Assembly: GCA_976551045.1 (NCBI GenBank)
Contig: CDPCPM010000233.1
Coordinates: 3,348,001-3,412,000 of the forward strand
Direction: 5' to 3'
DNA: 64,000 nucleotides
Source of the DNA: Glaucostegus cemiculus
Lineage: Eukaryota
Shown here: piece after piece, positions 39,452-52,600 of the stretch
How the letters are laid out: every line of letters begins with the position of its first letter
Numbering within the stretch: position 1 is the first letter of the stretch
Made by a program: the position numbers and the translations under genes
Notes under the pieces: generated by a model
The model's input: the letters and a program-made list of their open reading frames with translations, nothing else
Told to the model about the DNA's origin: nothing
Database searches by the model: none

Positions 39452-40700
39452 GTCATAGAGCAATACAGCATGGATACAGGCCCTTCGGCCCAATGAGTCC
39501 ATGCCGACATCTAGTCCCAATTTCCTGCAGTCGGCCCATATCCCTCTAAGCCCTGCCTTGCCCTTCCATTTACCTGTCCAAGTGCTTCTTAAATGATACT
39601 ATTGTACCTGCCTCAACCACTTCCTCTGGCAGCTCGTTCCATATACACAGCACCCTCTGCGTGGAAAAAGTTGCCCCTCATGTCCCTTTTAAATCTTTCC
39701 CCTCTCACCCTAAATCTATGCCCCCTAGTTTTGGACTCCCTGAACCTGGGGCAAAGACTGCTACCATCCACCTTATCTATGCCCCTCATGATTTTATAAA
39801 CCTCTGTAAGGTCATCCCTCATTCTCCTACACTCCAAGGAATAAAGTCCTAGCCTGGCCAACCTCTCCCTGTAACTCAGGCCCTCTAGTCCTGGCAACAT
39901 CCTCATAAATCTTTTCTGCACTCTTTCCAGTTTAACCATGTCTTTCCCATAAAAGGGTGAGCAAAACTGTACACAGTACTCCAAATGCAGCCTCACCAAT
40001 GAGTAATGCAATATAATGTCCCAACTCCCATATCCATTGCCCTGACTGATGAAGGCCAGCATGTTAAACTCCTTTTTCACCACCTTATCTACCTGTGATG
40101 CCACTTTCAACAAACTATACACGTGCACTCCTAGGTTCCTCTATTCCATTACACTCCCTAGTGTCCTACAATTCATTTTATGAGTCCTACGCTGGTTTGA
40201 CTTTCCAAAATGCATCACCTCACACTTGAAATCCATTTGCCACTCCATGCCCCATTTCCCTAACTGATAAGCATTTCCCCTGTAATCTACAATAACCTTC
40301 TTCACTATCAACAACACCTCCTAATTTCATGTCATCGGCAAATTTAGTGATCAAGCCTTTGTGTTCTCATCTAAATCATTTATATAAATAATGAATAACA
40401 AGGGTCCCAACACTGACCCCTGCAGCACATCATTAGTCACAGGTCTCCATTCTGAGAAGCAACCTTCAACCACCACTCTCTGCTCCTTACCTCCAAGCTA
40501 ATTTTGAATCCATCTAACTAGCTCTCTCTGGATTTCATCAGACCTAACTTTCCAGACTAGCCCACCATGTGGGACCTTGTCAAAGGCCTTACTAAGGTCC
40601 AAATAGACAACATCAACTGCCCTACCCTCATCTACTTTTTTTGGTTACCTCTTCAAAAAAAAACAACTCTAAAAGGTTTGTCAAGCCTGACTTTCCATGC
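39452..40700 (-). mobile_element. CR1 LINE (RT C-terminal half and 3' UTR)
   Basis: ORF 39613-40128 (VASQVDKVVKK...LVRLHLEYCVQF...RERLARLGLYSLE), with FADD and DLSKAFDKVPHG motifs further 5'. Confidence 0.9.
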
Positions 40701-40703
40701 ACT

Positions 40704-41000
40704 CTAAATTTCAGAAAGTATATAGCAGTCCAGAGGCAGAACCAAGCCTTTGTACAGAGCCTTAATGTGAGGCCTTTAATTTATACAAACTCTCCAAAGG
40801 ATTTTACAGAAATGTAGTACATATCATATTACCTCTTAGCATAGCACTGATAAATATATCAATAGTTATTATTGCCTAAATAAAGAAAATGGATTAAATT
40901 TCTATTAAACTGCTCCTAATCATCCCCCATATTTTTGGTGGAGGAACCATGGCAACCAATTGGCAACAATCATATAAGGTGTTTGTCTGGAGTATACAAA
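40704..41000 (+). repeat. Diverged partial paralog of the 44-46 kb inverted-repeat arm
   Basis: Aligns by eye with 46303-46580, e.g. attacctcttagcatagc..gataaata..ttattgcctaaataaag...tggattaaatttcta. Confidence 0.75.
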
Positions 41001-42069
41001 GTTATGGAGAACAATCAGCAGAACTCTACCAAAATTAATGGCATAGGTATTTTGTAGCTATAGAACATACTGTGATAAAATTTCTTAACTTTGTTAAATA
41101 TATTTGCAAGTTGACTTAAGGTCAATTCGTAAAAGTTATTGCAAAAAAACAAACCCTAACCCTTTGCGACTTTGATAAAGTAAACTAACAGAAGTATACT
41201 CTAACACACTATTATTTTATTTTGCTAATATTTTACTCAGTAGAATAATACATTTCTAATGAACTTGGTGAGTCTGAAGGGAGCTGGAAATATGCAAGCG
41301 CTCCCACACCTTGTCTTTGGCTGCAGATCTGTCCACATTCCTGACCCTGGTAATTTGGACCATAACCCCCACCTACATGCACACACCCAGCCCACAGACC
41401 AGACGCCTGCCCCATCTGCACTTTGGATCCCACTCTAGCCATACACTCCAGTTGCACCTTGGAACCTTTGCTCATATTCCACTAGATTATCAGAGTTTTA
41501 TGTAATTTCTTAAGATATATCCTTATTAAGATATTATTTTAATAACATAAGATAGTTATCCTTAATAATTTGTTCCTGTTCATTGACTATTATGTGTTAA
41601 TAGCTCTGTGCCTCTCCAGATCATTAAAACTTAAATTCTTTTACACAGCCCTGTTCTCATCAATGTATAACAGCAGTGCCTATACGTCATAATAACACGC
41701 TGGTTGTAAGTGCTTTGGGGATGCCCTGAAACTTGTGATAAAAAAACCCACAAATTAATGTATTTATATATGTTGAATTTACAGATTACAAGAAGAATAT
41801 GTGATAATCATTTTAACTAATGTAGCGCAAGCATCCAGCTTCTTGTTTTTGGTAACTGCTTGTGATCTAATCATTAGTTATCCTTTTTTGTTCATTTATA
41901 ATCTAATGATCATATCAATTCTTCCAATTTTTTCTTCTTTCTCTTTTAAACCTGCAGCCACAGTGAAGTTGATTACTGTGCATTATTATCTGAAATAAAA
42001 AGCATAATGGTTTGTTCAAACAATGAGTTACTTGGTGCAGTTTTATTCTGCTAGAATACAGGACTATAA

Positions 42070-42255
42070 AGAAGTGGCCCTTGCACTTTATTTGTTTACC
42101 TGCACTGTACCTTCTCTGTAACTGTATCATTATATTCTGCATTTTGTTTTGCTGCCTTGATGTAATTATGTATGGAATGATCTGTTTATACGGCATGCAA
42201 AACAAAGCTTTTCATGGTATCTCAGTCCATGTGACAATAAGAGACCAATACCAAG
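42070..42255 (+). mobile_element. Rex-Babar-type 3' UTR fragment
   Basis: cttgcactttatt...ctgcactgtaccttctctgtaactgt...aagcttttcatggtatctcagtccatgtgacaataa, homologous to 38300-38490. Confidence 0.65.
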
Positions 42256-42279
42256 TACACAAGGCAACATTTCTTGCAG

Positions 42280-42570
42280 AACAGCATGGTAACATAGTGG
42301 TTAGCATAATGCTTTACAGCACCAGTGACCCAGGTTCAAATCCAGCCACTGTCTGTAAGGAGTTTGTACGTTCTCCCCATGTCTGTGTGGGTTTCCTGCG
42401 GGTGCTCCGGTTTCCTCCCACATTCCAAAGACCTACAGGTTAGGAAGTCATGGGCATGCTATGTTGGCACCGGAAGTGTGGTGACACTTGCGGGCTGTCC
42501 CCCAAAATCACTACGCAAAAGATGTATCTCATTGTGTGTTTCGATGTACATGTGACTAATAAGTATCTTA
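42280..42570 (+). mobile_element. V-SINE
   Basis: tRNA-like head (tagtggttagc...caggttcaaatcc), V-domain and gtacatgtgactaataa tail. Confidence 0.85.
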
Positions 42571-44014
42571 TTCCAGAACTTCTTATCGCTGCTCTTTCTT
42601 CTACATTTTCATTGTTTTTGAAAGCTAGACTTAGTTTCATATCAACTTTATTTCATTATTGGCTGCAGCCTCTCTTCATCTCTGTTGTACTTTGGCCTGG
42701 TCTTCTATTGCATCACGTGTATCTTTACTGAATTGAACCAATAGAAAGTGAAACAAAAGGAGCCTGTACAATCTGGAGTATCACAATGTCTCTCAGTTGC
42801 TCTATAATTTATCAAACCTCCAAAAATTGATATATAGACCAGGGAATGTTAGCAAGAACTCTCTGAAATTTCTTTCTTCCCTTACTCTCTTTTAATTGTT
42901 AGATAAATGTCGTACCAATAACTTTCATGGGTATCCAACCTTTTATAATTTCTATCCTTTACTCGTGCCCTCTGCAAGTGTATGTTTACCCAATCACATT
43001 TCATACTGTCATCAATTTATACAAAACAATTATGATATTTAATAAAAACAAAACATATCTTGCAGACAGTGAAGGGCACTCAGGTCCTTTTATACATTAT
43101 TATAGAAATAAGACATTGCCTGAAATTACCTTTAATATAAGGGATAGTATAGGAAGGGTATTCTCTGGTTGCTAAGTATTGGGGCATCTGAGTGAAGATG
43201 AGAAGTGTAGCACTGTATGTGCTGAGGTGAGCTTACCACTGACCTTGCCAAAGGATATAAGGTTAGGACTTTAGTAATTAGAGGGAGTATTTAGAGAATG
43301 GACTGAAAAGGCCAGGAATATTAACTGAAGTGTCAGACTTTGTGAGTTCCACACCCTCTTCTCCAGGAAGCAGGTTCATTTGCCTGAGCAGCTGTCCCCA
43401 TTGTAAGACATCTGTGGTATTTTGGAAATAAAATTGAACTCCTCCCACTCCCTGTGTCACTGGGAGATTAGCTTAGGGACTTTCAGCCACTGGTGGAAAG
43501 TGTAGAGGAGTCTGCAACCTGTATGTGTGGGATGTTTAAACTGGAATCAGGAGACATTGCGTTTGCCTTGGAATAAGAAGCATATGCTGGGACACTTGCC
43601 CCTCACAGGATAGGCAATATGACAAGACAGATTGGACAAAGGAAATATCACTGATAGGGTGAGGCCAAGTTTGCCCTGGGGATAAGTGGTCATCTGATTG
43701 ATGGTTTAATGGGGACAGTTAGGAAGGGAGAATGTGGTTTCCCATTAGCACAGTCTGATCAGGTGCATGTCAGCCTGCATTTTGCAACTCTTGCATTCCA
43801 TTGCCTGTGTTCTCACTCTCTAACTGCCCTCCATTTCATAGCTTTTACAAATAAAGAGCCATGTTCTCCCTCCCTTACTGCCTACTTTGACCCTTCAACC
43901 AGATGGCTTTGTTTACAGTTTATCCCCAAATCTCACTCTATCAGAGGTATTCCCATTGTCCTACCCATCACTCAACACCCTTCATGAAGCCTGATACTTG
44001 TTTTCGCTTCTCAG

Positions 44015-44257
44015 TTATGGTCATAGAATCACAGAAGCATAGAATTTTACAGCACAGAATTGGTTTATTGGTGTATTGGCCCTTTTGGTCAACCTCATTC
44101 ATGCTGACCACGTTACTCATCTACTCCGATTTGCTTGCATTATCTCCTTATGCCTGTCCAAATACCTTTAAAATTTCATAACTGTATCCACCTTCACCAT
44201 TTTTCCTGGCAGCTTACTCCACATAACCACTACCCTCAGTGTGAAAAACCTACTCTT
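44015..44257 (-). mobile_element. CR1 3' end fragment abutting the left arm of the inverted duplication
   Basis: catagaatcacagaagcatagaa...cagcacagaa...ggcagcttactccacataaccactaccctcagtgtgaaaaa. Confidence 0.7.
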
Positions 44258-44267
44258 CATACTGTGG

Positions 44268-46722
44268 GAGCAAACACTGAGGATTCAGCTGTTGAATAGC
44301 AAAGCCAAAAGAGAAAACATACAATATATTAAGCATTTCAAGGCCTCATCCCACAATGCCCTCCCCACCCAGCTCCCCAGTGTTTCTCAGATCAACCTCA
44401 CCATCCCTGACACACCAGTCAACCCTTATGTTCCCCAGTTCCTCTGCCAAAACTATGTTAGATGAATAAGAGAACTTCAGTAGAAATTTAATCCACACGC
44501 TTTATTTAGGCAATAATATCTGTTGATTTATTTATCATCACTATGCTAAAAGGTAATGCAATGTGTATTATATTTCTTTGCAATGCTTGAGAGTGTTTGT
44601 GTTGAGTAATTAAAGGCCACATACTGAAGCTCAGGACAAAAGCATGATCACATATTTGGCTGCTATGTGCTTTCTGGAATTTACATCTGACAACAAATAA
44701 GACAATTCCTCGGCTGATTTTATACTTCTGGAGGGTAATTGTTGTAATGTAGGGAAATATGACAACTATTGAGATAAATGCCCAGTTAAGTGCTATTTTG
44801 ACATTTGTTGAGGGGCAAAACTAGGTCAGAAGACTTTGTAAAATAGTGCTATGGATTTTCTTCTGTATAGCAGAAAGGCAGATAGGACCTTATGATAACA
44901 CAGGAGAGCAAGAAGAGTACTATTGAATTTTCAGGAGAACCATTTTATACAGAGGGCAATGAATCTATGGTATGAAGTGTCAAGGGGAAAAATATGGGTT
45001 GATTGTATCAGCAAATTTAAGAGAGTTCAAACAATGGCATTCAGGAATATGCTTTTTGGTAAAGCAGCAGAGTGGCCAAACCTGTTTACCAGTTTACAAG
45101 AAAGAGATTGTCCATCCTAATTTCAGGGAAACTGCATGTCAGAAATGAATGTGACTAATCTCCTAGAGAATGCATGTTCATTCTTTCCAAATGTCATGCG
45201 ATTGCTAATTATATAACATATGCAACAGAAAGCTTTGTCCCTCTTTCTATATTCTACACTTGGCCAAAGTGATCAAAAGAGATAAGTAATTTAAGATTTG
45301 GTTACAATTTACTTTGTGTTTTGAGCCCACAGTTGTGAACCACAGCGGGCTATCAAAATCACATAGATGGTATTGCTGGAAAACTGCACACTGCTTGGTG
45401 TCATTGCACACACCTAACAGCTTTCAAGTGTATCCACACTTGTATTAACATATGTACACATATATAAAAAGAAATGAATGGTGAAGTTGGGACTGATAGA
45501 AATAGACAACTTCCTCTCAGTAAGTATCCAGTTCTGTTCAGAGATTGGGTTTTGAACAAGATTCATGAGCAAAGTATGTAAAACATTGTAGTACGTGATG
45601 GCGTTTCTAATAATTGCATAGTTCCTTCTCATTGTTGTCTACCAAGAGGTGATTTTCTGAGTTCATACTATTTGCCTGAAGCTTCGCTCACTGATCACAG
45701 TGCACACCAGATGCACACCTCATGATTCTGTTGACAACAAATACATAATCATGTGTGGTATGGCTACAATTTAATGAAATGCATGGTATGTTAACTTGGA
45801 AATAGTACCCCATTCAATCTAGCCATTATGCTGCTGGATAAACCAGCAAAACCCATGAAATATGATAATGTATTTTCCATAATAGGCTGCACATTCATCT
45901 GTCTCATCAGAGGTCAGATCAGAGTGTCTCGAGAGTAACCTTAATAATCTTTTTTCACTACAACTCTCTTAAATTTGCTGATATAATCAACCCACATTTC
46001 TCCCCTTGACATTTCATACTATAGATTCATTGCCCTCTGCATAAAATGGTTCCACTGATAATTCAACAGTACTCTTCTCGCTCTCCTGTGTTATCATAAG
46101 GTCCCATCAACCTTTCTGCTGCACAGACAAAATTCCATAGCACTATTTAACAAAGGCTTCTGGCCTAGCTTTGCCCCTCAGCAAATGTCAAAATAGCAAA
46201 TTACCTGGGCATTTATCTCAATAGCTGTCATGTTTATCTACGTTATGACAATTACCCTTCAAAAGTATAAAATCAGCCAAGGGATTGTTTTATTTGTTGT
46301 CAGATGTAAATTCCAGAAAGCACATAGCAGCCAAATATGTGATCATGCTTTTGTCCTGAGCTTCAGTATGTGGCCTTTAATTACTCAACACAAACACTCT
46401 CAAGCATTGCAAAGAAATATAATACACATTGCATTACCTCTTGGCATAGTGATGATAAATAGATTAACAGATATTATTGCCTAAATAAAGCGCGTGGATT
46501 AAATTTCTACTGAAGTTCTCTTATTCATCTAACATAGTTTTGGCAGAGGAACTGGAGAACATAAGGGTTGACTGGTGTGTCAGGGATGGTAAGGTTGATC
46601 TGAGAAACACTGGGGACCCTGGTGGGGAGGGCATTGTGGGATGAGGCCTTGAAATGCTTAATATATTGTATGTTTTCTCTATTGGCTTTGCTATTCAACT
46701 GCTGAATTCCCAGTGTTTGCTC
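44268..46722. repeat. Large inverted duplication: arms 44268-45027 and 45962-46722 (~760 bp each), spacer ~934 bp
   Basis: The left start gagcaaacactgaggattcagctgttgaatagc matches the reverse complement of 46690-46722. Inner ends are cagcaaatttaagagagtt and aactctcttaaatttgctg. The ORF track shows near-identical peptides on opposite strands (44241+, 46525-). Confidence 0.95.
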
Positions 46723-49529
46723 AGCTGAAGTAAGTAGACCCTTGCAGAATAAAAGTCTGTTGCCCCAAGCTGGTAGAGGTGAGCATATTTTGGGAGTGGA
46801 CCACAAAGACGTAGGTGCATATGAAAATACAGGTAGTTACAATGGTCTTACAGGATGACTAAATAGGACTCTGGTCTTGCTATGAATCATAATTGCTCCA
46901 CTTAAGATGGGATTGGTTTCAAGCATTTTCCATAATGCATTACAGTATTAAGTAATAATTAAATACTATTAGGTGTCATCATGATTTCACCACAATGAAC
47001 TACCCACTTCTTAGCTTCGCCTATATTATTGTTACTGCGCATACGGTAACGAACTAGTTTGCTGCACTTGATCCAAATAAACTCACAAGAGGTGATGAAG
47101 TTAGTTTTTCATGTGAAACGTAGGCTTTACATTTTAAGTAGTAATAATATGTCAATCTGAGTATTGGTTAAACAACAATCTTACCCACACCCATACCTGT
47201 GAAACAACAGTCAGCCCATGGGATGGAGTTAACTTCTCCACTGACATAAAAACCTATTTATTATTGCAACAAGTAGATTCTGGGGCAAAGGCTTGATGTA
47301 GGCACGCCTATAGTTGTCTTTAATTCCACCAGGTTTTGCATAATTTCCATCAGTTAAACATTGATATTATATAAGTAGAAAATTAAGGTGATTCACCAAC
47401 ACGCTATGCTCAGATTCTAAATTAGCCCATATTAAATGCATGTTTAAGAGAGCACAAGTGTTTGAAAACCTAATTTAGAGGGGAATTTAGATAATTTACT
47501 TGGGGTGAACATGTCCCAACAAAATAATAATGTTACACCCATTGATGAATGATCTCCAAGTGTTCATGTGCATTGCATTTCCAAAGCCCAGATGACGTTC
47601 TTTTCCGTCACAGTTCTACTTGTAAAGTTGTGGCTGGAGTCACATGGTTGTTTTAGAATGAAAAAGAACACTAAATTTTTTTCAGAAGTGCTGGGTGGGT
47701 GAGATTTGAACGTGATACGGTACTCTGGGCAACTAGAGAAGGTCCTGAAGCTTACAGTTCATCTGTTGGTGGAATGGGCGGAGGGGTGGAATTTAACATT
47801 TCCAAATCCAAATAACCTCATGTTACTTCCTATATTCTGCAAATTTATACACCTCCAGGAAACTCCAGAAATTCTAAAGCAATGGAGTGAAGGTTGTGGT
47901 GGGTCTCCAGCCTCTCATCTTGTTTGTTGCAGTTGGATAAAGACTAGACCAATCCCTACATCTCACAGAAGTGTGACGTCTGTTTCCTGCTCATTACAAC
48001 TGCTATAGTAATCCTATCCCACACACACATGCACATACAACCACATAATTGTTGTCTTCCCACATACCACCTACAACATCACTTTAACCACATAAATCAG
48101 TAATTCACAGGCACATATAGCAAAGCTTGATACCAGAGTGTCTACTTGCAGTGAACGTGAACGCCATTAAAAATCAGCTAAGTTAAATGAGTTAAATATC
48201 AGGTCTTGGTATTTGGAAATGGTCATGGATAAATCTCAGAAGAATTCAGCAGAAACTTCTGTACCAACAGAGTAGTGGGAATGTCAACATTTCTGTCTTA
48301 TGGCTAAGGCAGAGTTGCTGTTGTAATGTGGGAGGAAACAGCAACATCCCATCAATAATATTAGGATAAATAATAATGGCTAAAGTGAATGTTTAATTTT
48401 TAAAACATTTCAGCAGCCCGGCACCACCAGCTAATGGAACCACAGTGACTTTCCTGGCACTCGCGTTGCTGGGGCATGTGAGATTGAAATACATTATGTT
48501 AGATAATTCTGATATTACCATCCTATTATCAGTGGTGACCTATAATTTAGTAGATGACTGTCATCCTGATGGCTTTTCCAGCATGCACATTTGGGTGGCA
48601 AATAATTGAAGAGCTCCCTGCCCAACCTTTGCTTCATTTTCTTCCAGTGAAGGTCAGAAGGGTCCGAAAATCAGTGTCTTTCACTCTGTTCTTTATGGTT
48701 TCAAACGTGTTTTTCATTAACATGAAAAGTAAACATTTGAGAACTACAGGACAGAAAAATCACAGGTCAATGATCCCAATGCCTGTATGAGCCAATATCA
48801 ACTTTGCTGAAGTGTTTATGTGGCCATGAAACACTAATGCTTCTCACCTTAATGTGGAAGAATGATCTTAGTCTTTTTACTAACCTTTTATTAACTGGTC
48901 TCAGAAAGGAAATTGCATCTTTCTGCTATCACCCTGCCTCATTTTGTCAACACTTCATGCCTGTTGAAGAAGCAGTTCTTTAATATATTTAAATCCTCAC
49001 AAAAATTGTATAGCTTTTATAACTTCTGACCCCTTTGCTCATAATGAAAACTTAGAGACCAGAAATTCCTACATGCGGTGTTATTTTTTTCAATGCTTCA
49101 CATAAGAACACTGATCCAGTGCAAGATCACAATAATTTCCAAGGCTGAGCCGCACCACTGGGGAACTTTGAGCGACCACTCCTCCATGTGAACTGCTCTT
49201 GGCGTCACCGATGACACGATTTTGCTATTAATTCAAGTGGCATAATTGACACCATTTCCTGGGCAGCACTGTGTGAGGTCACATTGTTCCACTGTTGGGC
49301 CCTCTCAGAAAAGCCGTGTTTTAATAGTCCTGCCCCCGAGTTGTTCCCAAGTAAGGTTTGTTTTCCTTTGTACCTCCTCCCCTTCGGGTTCTGCCCAGGG
49401 TACCAATGCCCTCTCACCCAGCAATCTCACCCCTTGCCTCACTACAATTCTTGAGTCATATGCTACTAACTCCAGCCCTGAAAGCCTGAACCTCATGTCC
49501 CAGATTTTTTATTTGTCATTCACTTTTTT

Positions 49530-49910
49530 AGGATCTGGCCATTGTTGGCATGGCTGGCGTTTATTACCCACCGCTATCTGCCCTTTGAAGGTGGTGGTGA
49601 TAACTGAATGACTTGCTCAGCTATTTCAAAGGGTACTTTAAGAGTCAACCAATAGGGTCTGGAGTCCTTTACGGAATGGCAGGTGTCCTCCCCTGAAGGG
49701 CATTAGGGAACCAGATGTTTTTTTACAACAATCCAATGGTTTTTGTGTTTCTCATTACAAAAGCTGGTTGTTGCTTTACCAAACTACAGATTATTAACTG
49801 AATTTAAATTCCACTGCAGGCCTGGTGGGATCTGATCATGTCTCTGCATAGGCAGTTCAGGCATCTGGATTACTGCTCAGGTAACCTAACCACTGTGCCA
49901 CCACTGATAA
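49530..49910 (-). mobile_element. Old SINE/LINE-5'-like repeat
   Basis: ttaagagtcaacc...gggtctggagtc...cattagggaaccagatg..tttttacaacaatcc...tgaatttaaattcc, shared with 14650-14820 in reverse. Confidence 0.55.
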
Positions 49911-51074
49911 CCATTATGTCCCTTTGATTCTGGTGCTGGGTCCTGTTCCTGATTGCATCTCAAACCTAGATCCTGATCCAACCCAATCCCACCCCCACCC
50001 CCAATCTGAAGCCAGAGCCCCGACTGAGACTTCAGTCCAATCCCTGACCTCTGACCCTTTCTCCTCTTTGGTGCTCCCTTTGATCTGACTCCAGCCCCTA
50101 CTTGACAGGCTCACAGCCTCAAAGGAAAGTGAGACCGGGTTGTTTAGTGCTCTCCAATGCCTTGACTTCCCACCCTACTAAATTTTGCTGCAGTGGATTC
50201 TTGAATCATTAGAGTGCCACCAAGAATTCCTAGGGCCAATTCCACTGTGTCAGATATTCATAAAGAAATGAGAAAACATTCCTCAAATAATTTTCAACAA
50301 AACTGCAATCTTTAATATTGATTTATTAATCTTCTTTTGTAGATAGCAACTCCAAGCAAGGAGGGGGACTCCAAGCTTGTCCCCCTCTGGATAAGGTAAG
50401 TGTGTGGTTGGGGTGACCGTAGGTTGTGTTGCTGGGTGGGATAGCTCGGCCTGATTGATCCTGTCCACTGTTTCAGAATGATGAACTGTAACTAAAGCCG
50501 TCCCAATGAAAGGTCATTAAGCTGAAACGTCAATTGTATCACTCATCACAAACGATGGAACAAGTACTGAGTGCTTCCAACATTTCCTGCTTTCAGTTAG
50601 TCTTACACAAAGATTTAAATTTTATTTGGAATGATCTTGTGTAATTCTTGAGCAGTTTAGATATGTCACTCTTGATTAGCAGAGTTATTTTAAATGCCAG
50701 CTCTTGCAACCTATCCACATTCTATAGCATTGCAACATTTCTCATATACCAAGCACAAACAGTGATATAACAGTGATTATTTTCCCTTCAAGATTGCATA
50801 AATCTTAGTGAAAGGTTCTTGGAACAAATGGTGATTGTTGTTGTACATGCACTTTGGTGGGATGGCTTCCAAGTGGTATTAAGACTGGCCTGATAATTCA
50901 TCACTATCACTGATCACCATTTCTCCTGCCCTTCCATCAGGATTCTCTTCAGTGCTTGCCAAGAGCCTCATTTGCAAAGTGGGGTCTGCTGACAAGCTAT
51001 GGTTGAGAGCAGCCTCCCCGATTATTACACAGAATGACCTCTGTAAAACTTCAACATCCAAAACTCCTTTAAAG

Positions 51075-51450
51075 TCATAGAGTAATACAGCATGGAAACA
51101 GGCCCTTCAGCCCAACTCGTCCATGTCAGCCTACGCACCCACCTAAGCTAGTCACATTTGCCTGCTTTTGACCCATATCTCTCTAAACCTTTCCTATCCA
51201 TGTACTTATTCAAATGTCTTTTAAATGTTGTTATCGTACCTGCATCAACTACTTTCTCTGGCATATCTTTCCATATACATAACTCCCTGTGTGAAGAAGT
51301 TGCCCCTCGGGTCCCTTTTAAATCTTTCCCCTCTCACCTTAAACCTATGCCTTTTGGTTCCCTTTCCCTGGGAGAAAGACGATGTGCATTCACCCTATGT
51401 CCCGCATGATTTTACACACTTCTATAAGGTCACCCCCTCTGTCTCCTATG
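51075..51450 (-). mobile_element. CR1 3' end
   Basis: gtcatagagtaatacagcatggaaacaggcccttcagccc...cctctcaccttaaacctatgcc. Confidence 0.85.
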
Positions 51451-51628
51451 CTCATTTCTTAATTTGCACCGGTCCATTTGCCCACATCTATGGTCACTGT
51501 CCTATATTGGCAGCTGGATCATTGATGTAGACCGATGGAGAAACATCCCGGCTGCATTTTAGATGTGTTGAATTATTTGGTCCTTCCTACAGTTAAAGTG
51601 ATTGATCAAAATTCCTTGCAATGTCTTG

Positions 51629-51763
51629 TCCCTGATGTAGGGTCTCAACCCGAAACGTTGACTGTTTATTTCCCTCCATAGGCGCTGCATGATCTGCTGA
51701 GTTCCTCCAGCACTTTGTGTGTATTGCTCCAGGTTCCAGCATCTGCAGAATCTCTTGAGCCTC
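51629..51763 (+). mobile_element. Solo Penelope terminal-repeat insertion with 12-bp target-site duplication and hammerhead-ribozyme remnant
   Basis: TSD tgcaatgtcttg at 51617-51628 and 51764-51775. Insert contains ctgatgta-gggtctcaaccc-gaaacgtt-gactg and gctgagttcctccagca...tccagcatctgcag. Confidence 0.85.
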
Positions 51764-52439
51764 TGCAATGTCTTGAGCTAGCAATGCCAATGATGTGCAC
51801 CATTCCTTTCTGAAAACAAAACCATTGGATTGGACAGTAAGTGGGGACAAGCCTAATGTCCAGTCTCTGATGTGACACCCTATTTTTGACTCAAACTTAC
51901 CTTTGGCCCATCTCTGTATGTTTTGTTGCTGGATCATGATCCTGCCAACTCTTGAGTAATAATGGGGTCTAGTAATTACCTGCAGAATGATGACATTGCC
52001 AGCATTTACTGCCCATCCCCAGTTGCCTTTGTGAGGAAGTAGATGGACCTCATTCTTGAACTGCTAAAGTCCATGTGGTGACACTGCTGGTGCTCACATA
52101 ATACAATACGTGCCTGAGTCAACAAGTTGTGGAATCCCATTTGAAGCCAGCTAACTGAGCAGACACCAGGGATGAGAATATGGGGCCTTCATGAATTGGA
52201 ATGCCCAAGTCAGCACTGGCCGGATAAATGATCAAGTCAGTCAGCAAAGCCCAGTGGTGTCTTTATAAACCACAATGACCACTTGTTCTCGTTGTTCGCT
52301 ATTGTTTCCCCTCAGTGAGAAGGATTGGACAATGGGTGTTTCCTTTGTCCAGTGGGTCTGCTTCAGTGATGAGCATTCCTTTTGAGTTCTCCCACCCAGG
52401 ACCCCAAATTGGCAGAAAAGCCCCAAAGTTTAATAACAA

Positions 52440-52600
52440 CATTTAAAAAAAAAACACTTGGGCAGGTACATGGATAGGAAAGGATTAGAGGGATATAGGT
52501 CAAATGCTGGCAGATGGGACTGGCTTGGATGGGCATCTTGGTTGGCAATGATCAGCTGGGCCGAAGGACCTTTATCTGTGCTGTATGACTCTATGACCAT
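52440..52600 (+). mobile_element. CR1 3' UTR fragment
   Basis: gtacatggataggaaagg...gggccgaaggacc...gtgctgtatgactctatgac. Confidence 0.75.

Noticed and set aside
45697-45740. CACAGTG heptamer as a V(D)J recombination signal in the spacer
   Set aside because: No ACAAAAACC-like nonamer at 12 or 23 bp and no Ig/TCR segments nearby.
44241-46806. Pair of near-identical short ORFs (44241+ and 46525-) as duplicated genes
   Set aside because: They reflect the inverted duplication. They start at non-ATG codons outside the arms and show no recognisable domain.
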